From an uncultured Caldithrix sp. (lineage in GTDB: Bacteria > Calditrichota > Calditrichia > Calditrichales > Calditrichaceae), in NCBI GenBank assembly GCA_964532875.1, contig CAZHIZ010000001.1:12100-76099 (forward strand): DNA of 64,000 bases. Direction: 5' to 3'. The position numbers and the translations under genes were made by a program. A model generated the notes under the pieces. That model did not search any database, was not told where the DNA came from, and saw nothing but the letters and a program-made list of their open reading frames with translations. Below are positions 1 through 9,610 of this stretch, piece by piece (the stretch's first letter is position 1; each line of letters opens with the position of its first letter).

Positions 1-1
1 C

Positions 2-847
2 GTGCTGACTTCGTTGGAAACGGATCATTTGGATATCTATCGGGATCTGGATGATCTGAAGCGAACCTTCACGCAATTTGCCAATCAGGTTACATTCGAC
101 GGTCTCATCATTTTTTGTAACGAAGATCGGAATTTGAAATCGATTCAAACGGAATTTAAAAATACGATGCTTACCTACGGTTTAAATGAGCAATCCCAAA
201 TCCGGGCTGCCAACATTCAGTTCAAAGAAGATCAAACATTGTTTGAAGTGCAAAAGGGGAAAGAGCGTTTGGGCACGATTACCCTGCATGTGCCGGGTGA
301 ACACAATGTGCTTAATGCCCTGGCGGCGGTTACGGTTGGTTTAGAGTTGGAAATCGATTTTAGAACGATAGCCCGGGGATTGGGCGAATTTAAAGGAGTG
401 GAGCGGCGTTTTGAAAAGCATGGCCTGGTTAACGATATCCTGATTGTTGATGATTATGCCCACCATCCCACGGAAATCAGGGCCACATTGCAGGCTGCAC
501 GAAACGGCTGGCAACGCCGCATTGTAGCGGTCTTTCAACCGCATTTATTCTCGCGTACGCGGGATTTCTACAACGAATTTGCCCTAACTCTGCAGGAGGC
601 GGATTTGGCTGTGGTGACCGATATCTACCCCGCCCGGGAAGAGCCGATTCCCGGGGTAACGGGAGAATTGATTACCAATGCCATGGGCAAAAAGGGACAC
701 TTTATTAAAAGCAAAGAAGATGTCTTTGCCTTTTTGGAACGACAATTACGACCGGGAGATTTGCTCCTGTTTATGGGAGCAGGTACCATTAATAAATGGG
801 CGGAAGATTTCAAAGATTATTTGATGAAGGTGACGAACAATGGCTAA
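2..847 (+). CDS. murC: UDP-N-acetylmuramate--L-alanine ligase, C-terminal part (5' end lies outside the window)
   Basis: Mur-ligase central/C-terminal motifs 'VDDYAHHPTEI' and 'FQPHLFSRTRDF'. Sits immediately upstream of ftsQ-ftsA-ftsZ, and its stop overlaps the ftsQ start. Confidence 0.9.
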   Translation: MLTSLETDHLDIYRDLDDLKRTFTQFANQVTFDGLIIFCNEDRNLKSIQTEFKNTMLTYGLNEQSQIRAANIQFKEDQTLFEVQKGKERLGTITLHVPGEHNVLNALAAVTVGLELEIDFRTIARGLGEFKGVERRFEKHGLVNDILIVDDYAHHPTEIRATLQAARNGWQRRIVAVFQPHLFSRTRDFYNEFALTLQEADLAVVTDIYPAREEPIPGVTGELITNAMGKKGHFIKSKEDVFAFLERQLRPGDLLLFMGAGTINKWAEDFKDYLMKVTNNG

Positions 848-1613
848 ACGGAAAACGCATCGTATTCGTTCGACTTTTATCTTTTTGGGCATCATCGTTT
901 TGCTTTCGTTGCTGGCTTACGCCAATCGGCAAATTGAAACGTTCATGGAAAACCGAATTTCCGAATTTCGTTTGCACAATATTCGCATTCACGGGAATTC
1001 GATTTTAGGGCGCCAGGATATTTTGAATCTTTGCGGAGTAAAACCGGGGGCCAAATATTTAAAGATTAAGCCGGCTCTCATTGCCCGTAAATTAAGACGC
1101 TCGCCCTTCATCAAGTCGGCTTCGGCAACGTACAGTTTGCCCTCCACCTTGCACATCACCGTGCAGGAACGTCGTCCCATTGCCTTCGTGTACGACGATC
1201 GCCTGCGTTTGATTGACGATGAAGGAGTGCTTTTACCCATTCCCAAAAACCGGCATCGTGTTTGGGATTTGCCGCTTATTCAGGGCTTTTCGGGCAGCGC
1301 GGGCCAGACGGGGCAGCGTACGGAGCAGGCCAAAATATTGAAAGCCGTGGAAGTGTTGCAATATGTGCGTTTTATTAAATCACCGGTAAATCCGATCATT
1401 GCCGCCATCGACGTGCAAAATCCCAAAACCATGTATTTAACGTTGGTTAAGGGCGGAGCGCGCGTACGTTTTGACGGACAAAAATATCAGGACGAATTGT
1501 ACGTTTTGAGTCAGTACATTCAAAATTATCTGAATTGGGCGCAACTTGCGGATATCGAATACATCGACTTGCGTTTTGCCGATCGTTTGATCATTAAAAA
1601 TAAACGCGGTTGA
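840..1613 (+). CDS. ftsQ: cell division protein FtsQ (POTRA domain)
   Basis: Single N-terminal TM helix 'FIFLGIIVLLSLLAYA' followed by a POTRA-like segment 'IRIHGNSILGRQDILNLCGVKPG'. Canonical position between murC and ftsA. Confidence 0.8.
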   Translation: MAKRKTHRIRSTFIFLGIIVLLSLLAYANRQIETFMENRISEFRLHNIRIHGNSILGRQDILNLCGVKPGAKYLKIKPALIARKLRRSPFIKSASATYSLPSTLHITVQERRPIAFVYDDRLRLIDDEGVLLPIPKNRHRVWDLPLIQGFSGSAGQTGQRTEQAKILKAVEVLQYVRFIKSPVNPIIAAIDVQNPKTMYLTLVKGGARVRFDGQKYQDELYVLSQYIQNYLNWAQLADIEYIDLRFADRLIIKNKRG

Positions 1614-1665
1614 AACGGAGTGCTTAAATTTCGAAAAAATAAATTTAAAATATTAGGTGAAGTCT

Positions 1666-2898
1666 ATGGAAAAAAATGATATTGTTTGCGGATTGGATAT
1701 CGGGACAACCAAAATTGCCGCCATTGTGGGTAAATTGGATGAATACGGGAATTTAAACATTGTCGGAGTGGGGCATCATCCCTCGCACGGCTTGCGGCGG
1801 GGTGTGGTTGTCAATATCGAAAAGACGGTGGATTCCATTCGTCATGCCGTGGAGCAGGCCGAGTTGACCAGCGGGCACAAGATTACCCGTGTGTATGCCG
1901 GCATCGCCGGGGATCATATCCGGTCTTTCAACAGCACGGGTGTTATTGCGGTTAGTGCCAAAGATAAGGTGATTACCCACAAGGATGTGCAACGGGTTAT
2001 TAATGCCGCCCAGGCCTTTTCCATGCCTATGGATCGCGAAATCATTCATGTGCTGCCGCAGGAATTTACCGTGGATAATCAGGATGGCATTAAAAACCCC
2101 GTGGGCATGGCCGGGGTTCGTCTGGAAGCAGAAGTTCACATTATTACGGCCGCAGTGGCTTCGGCCAAAAACATTATTAATTGCATCGATCAGGCCGGAT
2201 ACGAAGTAGCGGACATCGTTCTGGAGCCGTATGCTTCCAGCCTGTCGGTTTTGCATGAGGACGAACGGGATTTGGGTGTGGCCATCATCGATATCGGCGG
2301 AGGTACCACGGATATTGCCATGTTCTTTGACGGGAGCATCCGGCATACTAAGGTTCTGGGAATTGGCGGAGAACATGTTACCGGAGATTTGGCGCAAGGC
2401 CTGCGCACCTCGCGCGATCAGGCCGAGGAAATTAAGAAAAAATACGGTCTGGCCATGCAATCGCTTTTGGAAAAGGATGAGTTGATCAAGGTTCCGGGGG
2501 TCGCCAATCGCCCGTCCCGGGAAATTTCCCGTAGCGTAATTGCCGCTATTGTCGAACCGCGCATGGAGGAGATTTTTCAATTGGCCTTACGTCAAATGGA
2601 AAAATCGGATATTTTTGATTCGCTCGGTGCCGGGGTAGTATTAACAGGTGGGGCTTCTCTTATCGAAGGGGCAGCCGAATTGGCCGAGCGCATCATGGGG
2701 TTGCCGGTGGAGATCGGCTATCCGCGTGTCAGCGGGGGGTTGGTAGAAACGGTACGTAGCCCTATTTACGCCACCGGAGTCGGTTTGATTTATTACGGTT
2801 TACGCTACGGAAAGAATGACCGGCGCATTATTAAAAACAACGGAATTACGGCCATCTGGCAACGATTGAAAGAAATTGTGGATGAATTTTTCGGTTAA
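1666..2898 (+). CDS. ftsA: cell division protein FtsA (actin-like ATPase)
   Basis: 'VCGLDIGTTKI' phosphate-1 motif and 'IDIGGGTTDIA'; position upstream of ftsZ. ATG at 1666 has AGGTGA 6 nt upstream. The ORF-track GTG at 1657 is an alternative start. Confidence 0.93.
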   Translation: MEKNDIVCGLDIGTTKIAAIVGKLDEYGNLNIVGVGHHPSHGLRRGVVVNIEKTVDSIRHAVEQAELTSGHKITRVYAGIAGDHIRSFNSTGVIAVSAKDKVITHKDVQRVINAAQAFSMPMDREIIHVLPQEFTVDNQDGIKNPVGMAGVRLEAEVHIITAAVASAKNIINCIDQAGYEVADIVLEPYASSLSVLHEDERDLGVAIIDIGGGTTDIAMFFDGSIRHTKVLGIGGEHVTGDLAQGLRTSRDQAEEIKKKYGLAMQSLLEKDELIKVPGVANRPSREISRSVIAAIVEPRMEEIFQLALRQMEKSDIFDSLGAGVVLTGGASLIEGAAELAERIMGLPVEIGYPRVSGGLVETVRSPIYATGVGLIYYGLRYGKNDRRIIKNNGITAIWQRLKEIVDEFFG

Positions 2899-2981
2899 GC
2901 AATTGATAATTATTCGCTGGAGATGCCGATAGAGCAGGCTGCAAATAAAATAAGCAAATTCAAATAACGGGAGAAAATAAA

Positions 2982-4187
2982 ATGATCCAGTTTGATGCAT
3001 CCGAAGAACAGGGCGCCAAAATAAAAGTAGTGGGCGTCGGTGGGGCCGGCGGGAATGCCATTAACGGCATGATCGATGCCGGTTTGCAGGGAATCGAATT
3101 TATAGCCATTAACACGGACGCGCAGGATTTGGAAAAAAGTAAAGCGTCCAGCCGGTTGCAAATCGGCAAAAATTTAACCAAAGGCCTGGGAGCCGGGGCA
3201 AATCCGGAAATCGGTTTAAAGGCCATCATGGAAGACAAAGATCGGGTGATCGAAGCCTTGAACGGCGCCGATATGGTTTTTGTCACCTGCGGCATGGGTG
3301 GCGGAACCGGTACCGGAGCGGCTCCGATTATCGCCGAAATTGCCAAGGATTTGGGTGCCCTGACCGTCGGTATTACGACCATGCCTTTCAGTTGGGAAGG
3401 GTTGGTACGTAAGCGCAATGCGCAAAAAGGCATCGAAGCCATGCGTGAGCGGGTTGATACGATTTTGGTTATTCCCAATGACCGAATCTTCTCCATTATC
3501 GAGCCCAACACGCCTTTTATTGCGGCTTTTAAGGAAATCGATTCCATTTTACTGGAAGCTACTCGCAGTATTTCCGATTTGATTAACATGCGGGGTTACA
3601 TTAATCTCGATTTTGCCGATGTACGCACCATCATGTCCGGTATGGGCGATGCCCTGATGGGCAGTGGTGTGGGAGTCGGTGAAAATCGGGCCATTATTGC
3701 CGCCGAACAGGCCATTACCAGCCCTCTGTTGGACGGGGTTGATATTTCCGGCGCCCGTGGTGTTTTGATCAATATTACCGGCGGAAATAATATTTCGATG
3801 CACGAAGTGGGACAGGCCTCTTCGTTAATCCAGCAAACCGTGGGTGAAGAAGCGAATGTGATTTTCGGGGTGGTAATTGATGATAATCTTAGCGAAGAGA
3901 TTCGGGTGACGGTTATTGCCACCGGTTTTAACAAGGATTTTGAAAAAGCCGAAATTTTGCAAAAGCCCAAAGATGAACCCCTCGAACAACCGAACAAAAC
4001 GAAGGACCGTGACAGCACGGATTATCGGGATTACGACAAGCCGACCTTTATTCGTAAACAGACACCGGTGGAAGAACCTCTGGCCCGCAAACCTCAACCG
4101 AAGATTTATTTTTTCAATGAAGACGAGGTTGACGACGATCCCGAAAATCTGGAAATCCCGGCCTTTTTGCGTAAACAAATGGATTAA
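2982..4187 (+). CDS. ftsZ: cell division GTPase FtsZ
   Basis: Tubulin signature 'GGGTGTGAAP', 'NTDAQDL', and the C-terminal conserved peptide 'DDDPENLEIPAFLRKQ'. SD GGGAGA upstream. Confidence 0.97.
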   Translation: MIQFDASEEQGAKIKVVGVGGAGGNAINGMIDAGLQGIEFIAINTDAQDLEKSKASSRLQIGKNLTKGLGAGANPEIGLKAIMEDKDRVIEALNGADMVFVTCGMGGGTGTGAAPIIAEIAKDLGALTVGITTMPFSWEGLVRKRNAQKGIEAMRERVDTILVIPNDRIFSIIEPNTPFIAAFKEIDSILLEATRSISDLINMRGYINLDFADVRTIMSGMGDALMGSGVGVGENRAIIAAEQAITSPLLDGVDISGARGVLINITGGNNISMHEVGQASSLIQQTVGEEANVIFGVVIDDNLSEEIRVTVIATGFNKDFEKAEILQKPKDEPLEQPNKTKDRDSTDYRDYDKPTFIRKQTPVEEPLARKPQPKIYFFNEDEVDDDPENLEIPAFLRKQMD

Positions 4188-4200
4188 TGCGGACTCACCC

Positions 4201-4230
4201 GGTAAAGACGCCGTTCAAGGCGTCTTTACC
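4201..4230 (+). terminator. hairpin downstream of ftsZ (12-bp stem GGTAAAGACGCC/GGCGTCTTTACC)
   Basis: Perfect 12-bp inverted repeat with a 6-nt loop, 14 nt after the ftsZ stop. The T-run (tccttttt) is not immediately adjacent. Confidence 0.55.
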
Positions 4231-4440
4231 CCATTGATCCTTTTTGAGAATGCCCGCTTTTAGCCTGCGGCTCCATTGTGATCTAAGCCATAAAATAGTA
4301 AAAATTTTTTGCCCCAATTGCCATCTTTTCGTTTAATTTTTGAGAAAACAGTATCTTAAAACAGATCGGGACGATTTAAAGATTAAACACCGCCATCCGA
4401 TTAACAATAAAGTAACGGAATACGAAAAAGGAGAATGGAG

Positions 4441-4656
4441 ATGCAAGCGGAACTTTACGGGATCAATGAAGTCGCCTCGCAACTGGGAGTTAGCAGCGAG
4501 GTCATTAAACGTTTTATCCGCATGGGATTTGTTTTTCCGGTCAATAAACAGGGCATGAAGCTGACGCGCTATGGTATTCGCCGTTTAAGAATGGTCCTGG
4601 ATTTGTACGAAAAATCCTATCCTCTGGAACGTATCGAAGCATACTTAAATCATTAA
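4441..4656 (+). CDS. small MerR-type helix-turn-helix protein (71 aa)
   Basis: 'INEVASQLGVSSEVIKRFIRMGFV' resembles the MerR-family HTH. AGGAGA lies 7 nt upstream of the ATG at 4441. The ATG at 4435 sits too close to the SD. Confidence 0.55.
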   Translation: MQAELYGINEVASQLGVSSEVIKRFIRMGFVFPVNKQGMKLTRYGIRRLRMVLDLYEKSYPLERIEAYLNH

Positions 4657-4924
4657 AATACATGCTGCCCTTGGTAACGGGCATTTTTAAATAATCCCGC
4701 TAAAACGGCCGGGGATTGTCATCACCTTATCGGAAATCTATCTGTTTGCAGGGCGCCACAAAGGTGCGGCTTTCTTTAAAAAATACAGGTTCCTTCCTTT
4801 TTTGATTTACCCCATATTTTAAGGTTAAATTGGGTAAAAAGCCCTTTTGCCATTTGATTTTATTCGTTCTCACTTCTATATTATTTTTGTTGCGGAATTA
4901 GCCATATTTACAAGAGGGAGAATA

Positions 4925-6124
4925 ATGGAAAACAACGAATTAAAAAAATTATCGTTCGCCACCTTGTGCGTTCACGGGTCCGGTGGTGCCGACCCGGCTA
5001 CCGGTGCTTTAAGTTTGCCCATTTATCAAAGTTCTACTTTCAAATTTAAAAGCGCCAAGCACGGCGCTCAGATATTTTCCGGGGAACGCGAGGGTTACGT
5101 GTACACCCGTCTGGGCAATCCCACTCAGGCGGCTTTTGAAAGAGAAATGGCATTTTTGGAAGGCGGTGAGGCCGCATTGGCCTTTGCCTCGGGCATGGGG
5201 GCCATTTCGGCTGTTATTTTTTCGCTTTGCGAATCGGGCGATAACTTTATTTCCACCAACACCCTTTACGGCGGTACGCACAACTTGTTCATGGAAACTT
5301 TACCGCGCTATCAAATCGAAGCGCGTGAAGTGGACACGACCAATCTGGAAAATGTTATTAATGCCATTGACGATCACACCCGTTTGATTTACATCGAAAC
5401 GCCGGCAAATCCCACTTTAACCGTAACGGATTTAAAAGCGTGCGCCAAAATCGCCCGTGATTACAAGATTCCTTTAGTGGTGGATAACACGTTTTCCACT
5501 CCGTTTTTCCAACGGCCCATTGCCCTGGGAGCCGATGTGGTTTTGCATTCGGCAACCAAATACATCGGTGGGCACGGAGATACGGTTGCCGGTGTGGTTA
5601 TCGGTAAAAAGGATTTTATCGATCGTTTACGGGCTAATTTTTTGCGGGATTTGGGTGCGGTAATCAGTCCGGTTAATGCCTGGCTTCTGGTACGGGGATT
5701 AAAAACCCTGGCCGTTCGCATGCAGCGACATGAAGAAAACGCGATGAAAATCGCCAAATTTCTGCAATTTCATCCCAAGGTAAAACGGGTTTACTATCCG
5801 GGGTTAACCACGCATCCGCAACATGCGGTTGCTCAAAAGCAAATGTTCGGTTTTGGGGGAATGGTTAGTTTCGAAATTAAAGGAGGGCGCCGGGCCGGCG
5901 AAAAATTAATGGATTCGGTTAAGTTGTTTACTCTGGCCGTCAGTCTGGGCGATGTGGATTCATTAATCGAACATCCGGCCTCCATGACCCATTCTACCTA
6001 TTCAGCGGAAGAATTAGCCGAGTGCGGCATTTCGGAAAGTCTGGTTCGTCTTTCGGTAGGCCTGGAAGATTTCAGGGATTTGATTGCCGATCTTTCCCAG
6101 GCCTTGCGCAAGGTAAAGGTGTAA
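4925..6124 (+). CDS. Cys/Met-metabolism PLP enzyme, methionine gamma-lyase type
   Basis: 'YTRLGNPT', the PLP-lysine motif 'SATKYIGGHGD', and ~399 aa length. Start moved to 'MENNELKK' (SD GGGAGA 5 nt upstream). The ORF-track N-terminal extension has no support. Confidence 0.85.
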   Translation: MENNELKKLSFATLCVHGSGGADPATGALSLPIYQSSTFKFKSAKHGAQIFSGEREGYVYTRLGNPTQAAFEREMAFLEGGEAALAFASGMGAISAVIFSLCESGDNFISTNTLYGGTHNLFMETLPRYQIEAREVDTTNLENVINAIDDHTRLIYIETPANPTLTVTDLKACAKIARDYKIPLVVDNTFSTPFFQRPIALGADVVLHSATKYIGGHGDTVAGVVIGKKDFIDRLRANFLRDLGAVISPVNAWLLVRGLKTLAVRMQRHEENAMKIAKFLQFHPKVKRVYYPGLTTHPQHAVAQKQMFGFGGMVSFEIKGGRRAGEKLMDSVKLFTLAVSLGDVDSLIEHPASMTHSTYSAEELAECGISESLVRLSVGLEDFRDLIADLSQALRKVKV

Positions 6125-6272
6125 AAGAAATTTTGCTTTTTGGAGTTTTTGACTTAAACTATTGCAAAGTTAAAAAAAATGGCGGTTCCCGGAGCTTGAG
6201 TCGGCTGACCTCCGGCTCTTTGGCCTTCGTCCCGGAATAGCGCGGCTCCGGGGCCGTTTTATGAAAAAAATA

Positions 6273-6302
6273 AAAAGGCAAGAGAACGTTCTCTTGCCTT
6301 TT
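6273..6302. terminator. bidirectional rho-independent terminator
   Basis: Perfect palindrome aaaaGGCAAGAGAACGTTCTCTTGCCtttt with A-/T-runs on both sides, between the convergent lyase gene (+) and tRNA-Thr (-). Confidence 0.75.
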
Positions 6303-6314
6303 CTTGCTTATGCG

Positions 6315-6387
6315 AGCCACCGACAGGAGTTGAACCTGCGACCCACTGATTACGAATCAGTTGCTCTACCAACTGAGCTACGGTGGC
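6315..6387 (-). tRNA. tRNA-Thr (anticodon CGU)
   Basis: The reverse complement folds by hand into a cloverleaf. Acceptor stem GCCACCG/CGGTGGC, D stem GCTC/GAGC, anticodon stem ACTGA/TCAGT with loop TTCGTAA, T stem GCAGG/CCTGT with loop TTCAACT. 73 nt, CCA not encoded. Confidence 0.93.
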
Positions 6388-6438
6388 CTTTTATTTTAAG
6401 AGCCGTAAATTTAAGATAAAAATGAATGGAAATCAACC

Positions 6439-6786
6439 TTATCGTAGCGGCCCCTGAATACGAATAATATCCGTGCGGCAAATATCGCACTGGCATAATT
6501 TACGCAATTCGTCGAACTGGAACATGCCCAGATTATGGCCGTCGCTAAAGGTGAACATAATGGCATAGCGTCCAATCATTTGCCACGATTGAAAGGTAAC
6601 CTCTTTGGCCTTTTCGACAAAGGTTTTAAAGGCCCAGGATTCTTCCCCCTCATTCCGGATTTTTTCGCAGGAAGCGCAGGGGCAATGCACTCGCAGATGA
6701 TCGGCAAAATAAATACTTTCGTGCCCGTCGTCCCAGACAATTTGTACAACCTTGTCCGAAAGCAGTTCTATTTTTTGGGGATACAT
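6439..6786 (-). CDS. DUF971-family protein (gamma-butyrobetaine hydroxylase-like N-terminal domain)
   Basis: 'VQIVWDDGHESIYFADHLRVHCPCASC' and 'FSDGHNLGMFQFDELR' match the DUF971 pattern as I remember it. Confidence 0.7.
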   Translation of the reverse strand: MYPQKIELLSDKVVQIVWDDGHESIYFADHLRVHCPCASCEKIRNEGEESWAFKTFVEKAKEVTFQSWQMIGRYAIMFTFSDGHNLGMFQFDELRKLCQCDICRTDIIRIQGPLR

Positions 6787-6830
6787 GATTATTTGCCTTT
6801 TTGCTAAATCGGTTAGCGGATTTCGCCATG

Positions 6831-6862
6831 AAAAACAGGCGCTCTTTTTAAATAAGAGCGCC
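6831..6862 (-). terminator. rho-independent terminator after pepT
   Basis: GGCGCTCTT/AAGAGCGCC stem 10 nt after the pepT stop, followed on the minus strand by tgttttt. Confidence 0.65.
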
Positions 6863-6872
6863 CGCGAATTTT

Positions 6873-8126
6873 TTATTTTTTACTTTTTTCAGCCCAAATT
6901 TGCAACAAGTTAACCAGTGTTTCAACAGCTTTTTCCATATCGTAAATACAAATCCATTCCTTTTTGCTGTGGAAATTATGGCCGCCGGTGAAGATGTTGG
7001 GGGTAAGCAAACCCATGAACGATAGACGGGAACCGTCCGTGCCGCCGCGAATTAAACTGTGCCTGGGTTCAATGCCTGCCCGTTTTACGGCTTCAATGGC
7101 ATATTCCACCACTTTCGGATCTTCATCGATTTTGTATTTCATGTTACGATACGATTCTTCGATGCGCAATTCCACGCTTGCCGGAGCATATTTTTGGGAA
7201 AGTTCATCACACAAATTCTGTAGGAATTTTTCTTTTTCTTCCAGGCCTTCCACCGTAAAATCGCGCACCAAAAAAGTGATTTCCGTCAGTTCTACCGAAC
7301 CTTTAAAAGCGTGAGGGTGCAAGTAACCTTCGCGTCCTTCGGTGGTTTCCGGCGACATGGTGTCCTTGGGCAAACGTTCAATCAGCTCCGCGCCGATTTT
7401 GATACCGTTGATCATTTTACCTTTGGCATAGCCGGGATGCACATTAACCCCTTTTATGGTCACATAAGCCGTATCCGCACAGAAAGTTTCGTCTTCGATT
7501 TCGCCCAACGATTCACCGTCGATGGTGTAGGCGTAGTCGGCACCGAATTTTTTAACGTCAAAGTATTTGGTACCCGTGCCGACTTCTTCATCCACGGTAA
7601 AGGCTACGCGAATGGTCCCGTGTTTGATTTCGGGATTTTCAATTAAATATTGCAATGTGCCCATGATTTCGGCAATGCCCGCTTTGTCATCGGCGCCTAA
7701 AAGCGTGGTGCCGTCGGTCGTGATAATGTCTTTGCCGATGCAATGCTTTAATTCGGGATTTTGATCGAATTTAATGACCTGTTCGGGGTCGTTCGGTAAA
7801 ACGATATCTTGCCCCTGATAATTTTCATGAATGACCGGATGCACATTAGCACCGCTGACCTCCGGTGAGGTATCCATGTGGGAGATCAAACCGATTACCG
7901 GCACATCGTAGTCCACATTGGAAGGCAGGGTGGCAAACACATAGCCGTGTTCATCCATTTCCACATCCTGCAGGCCCAACTCCTTTAATTCTTTCACCAG
8001 ATGACGGCCCAATTCTTTCTGTTTTTCCGTGCTGGGATAGGTTTCGGATTCTTCACTGGATTGGGTGTCGAATTTAACATAGTTTAAAAAACGATCTAAG
8101 AAAAGACGACGATCAATAGGTTTCAT
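6873..8126 (-). CDS. pepT: peptidase T (tripeptide aminopeptidase, M20B)
   Basis: Typical PepT N-terminus 'RFLNYVKFDTQS', 'ISHMDTSPE', 'GADDKAGIAEIM'; 417 aa. Confidence 0.92.
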   Translation of the reverse strand: MKPIDRRLFLDRFLNYVKFDTQSSEESETYPSTEKQKELGRHLVKELKELGLQDVEMDEHGYVFATLPSNVDYDVPVIGLISHMDTSPEVSGANVHPVIHENYQGQDIVLPNDPEQVIKFDQNPELKHCIGKDIITTDGTTLLGADDKAGIAEIMGTLQYLIENPEIKHGTIRVAFTVDEEVGTGTKYFDVKKFGADYAYTIDGESLGEIEDETFCADTAYVTIKGVNVHPGYAKGKMINGIKIGAELIERLPKDTMSPETTEGREGYLHPHAFKGSVELTEITFLVRDFTVEGLEEKEKFLQNLCDELSQKYAPASVELRIEESYRNMKYKIDEDPKVVEYAIEAVKRAGIEPRHSLIRGGTDGSRLSFMGLLTPNIFTGGHNFHSKKEWICIYDMEKAVETLVNLLQIWAEKSKK

Positions 8127-8332
8127 TTTACACCTCGTGTTTTAAATAAGACTGATTTCTAAGCGAAAGCCAAATTTAATAAACAAATCCCTTCGATCCA
8201 AACTTTCTGAAAGGAATTGTACCGACCTTTGTGCGGGCATGCAGAACAATTGACGGCGGCATTTGGAAGGCATTTTTTATGGCAAGCTAAAACCGCATTC
8301 TTTTTGCCGAATCCCGGCTCATTCCGGCCAAT

Positions 8333-8360
8333 AAAAAAAGCCGTTCCGGGACGAAACGGC
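8333..8360 (-). terminator. rho-independent terminator after the YbgF-like gene
   Basis: GCCGTT..AACGGC stem followed by a 7-nt T-run on the minus strand, ~27 nt after the stop. Confidence 0.7.
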
Positions 8361-8386
8361 TTTAAAAAATCATTTAGATTTTTAAA

Positions 8387-9226
8387 TCAATATTTGGCTA
8401 AAATGGCTTCGGCACGACTGACATAGGGGCTGTTGGGAAATTCACTGCGCAACCGCTGAAATTCTTCGCGCGCTTTTTCCACCTCACCTTTGCGCAAGTA
8501 GCACAACACCAGTTTAAACTGGGCATCGGCCATTTTATTGGAATTGGGAAAGGTAAACACTTTTTGAAAATCCATGATGGCGGCATCGTATTTTTTAAGC
8601 GCATAATGACATTCACCGATCCAGTATTGCGCATTGTCGGCCAGGGGATGATTGGGATTGCTGGCAATTAAAGATTGAAATAGGGACAAGGCCGTTTGAT
8701 AGTCGCGTGCTTCAAAGGCGGCGCGGGCTTTTTGGTAGGTGGCTTCGTATTCGCTTCCGGAAACCGTACCCACCGGGGCGGCGGTTGGAGTAGACGAATA
8801 CGTGGCAGCGCTTTCTTTTTTGGATTTTAATCGCGTGATTTCCAAACTCTGCTGATTCAATTGGTCTTTCAATTGCTGAATAATTTGATCTTTGTCTCTT
8901 AGCTGTTGTTGCAGATTTTTAATGCGGCGTTCGTAATCGCGTTTTTCGCGGCTGGATAATCCGTGTGCGGCATTACCTTGCCCGGGACTCACCACTTCAT
9001 TTTCATTTAATAAATTCAATTTATCTTTTTTCTTTTTTTTCGTTGCGGGCTTTTTGGCTGGTTGATTCGTATCGATTCCCAGGAGGGCCTCGATATCCGT
9101 CAGGTCTTTTTCTTGCGTGGCCGCGGCATTGGTTTTATCCGGTTCGCTTTTTTTACGGGTTCCGGCACAGTTGAACATGAAAAATGACAACAAAATCAAA
9201 ATAAATACCGAAAATTTGATGTTCAT
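8387..9226 (-). CDS. coiled-coil + TPR lipoprotein, YbgF/CpoB-like
   Basis: Signal/lipobox 'LLSFFMFNCAG', coiled coil 'RRIKNLQQQLRDKDQIIQQLKDQLNQQSLEITRLK', and C-terminal TPR-like repeats. Start set to the ATG (MNIKF) with GGAGGA upstream. No tol-pal genes are adjacent. Confidence 0.6.
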   Translation of the reverse strand: MNIKFSVFILILLSFFMFNCAGTRKKSEPDKTNAAATQEKDLTDIEALLGIDTNQPAKKPATKKKKKDKLNLLNENEVVSPGQGNAAHGLSSREKRDYERRIKNLQQQLRDKDQIIQQLKDQLNQQSLEITRLKSKKESAATYSSTPTAAPVGTVSGSEYEATYQKARAAFEARDYQTALSLFQSLIASNPNHPLADNAQYWIGECHYALKKYDAAIMDFQKVFTFPNSNKMADAQFKLVLCYLRKGEVEKAREEFQRLRSEFPNSPYVSRAEAILAKY

Positions 9227-9610
9227 AGTTTCCTCCAAGGTCTAAAAGATTTGGCTAACACAATATATTAATCGTTTGGCAATAAGTCAACAATTAATCG
9301 CCATAAGTTTTTTAATAACTAAGGATTAAGAAAGCGATCGGCAAAGGATGTCGTATTTCTTGATGTGATTGAATAAATGAAAGAAAATTACGGTGAGCGG
9401 GGAATTTTGTCGTTTTTAACAGCGATGGTTACTTTTTCGCTTTTTACTCGGGAATCATTCACGAGTTTTATCCAAGAAACGACCAATCGGTTTCCTGGCT
9501 TTTGGACGCTAAGGTCAGTGCGTGGAGCTAAGGAAAAGAACGTATTTTCTTCTTGCATTGAACAAAAAAATAATTTATATTTCGAGTAAAATAATAACTC
9601 GGAAAGCGTT

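Noticed and set aside
1753-2580. 275-aa ORF antisense to ftsA. Similar long antisense ORFs occur at 2960-3589, 24802-25392, 30189-30752, 41325-42041, 42855-43688, 50931-51476 and 55610-56161.
   Set aside because: Each lies entirely inside a gene with strong family motifs on the opposite strand. Their translations are low-complexity (R/G/H/N-rich) with no recognisable motifs. They are typical shadow ORFs.
4657-4924. Possible SAM/methionine riboswitch in the 268-nt leader of the methionine-gamma-lyase-type gene.
   Set aside because: I could find only short hairpins (for example AATCCCG...GGGGATT) and none of the conserved S-box, SAM-II or SAM-SAH core sequences I know. An Rfam scan would be needed to exclude one properly.
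6241-6440. tRNA-Thr as an integration hotspot or genomic-island boundary.
   Set aside because: There is no integrase, no direct repeat of the tRNA 3' end and no compositional break visible nearby. The flanking genes (PLP lyase, DUF971, pepT) look like ordinary chromosome.
8217-8426. 69-aa plus-strand ORF between pepT and the YbgF-like gene.
   Set aside because: It spans the terminator of the YbgF-like gene and overlaps that gene's 3' end. It has no SD and no motif.
9239-9610. 372-bp divergent intergenic region with two overlapping ~70-90-aa ORFs; a possible ncRNA.
   Set aside because: The ORFs have no SD and a low-complexity translation. I see no match to tmRNA, RNase P, SRP or 6S hallmarks. 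It is most simply two divergent promoters.
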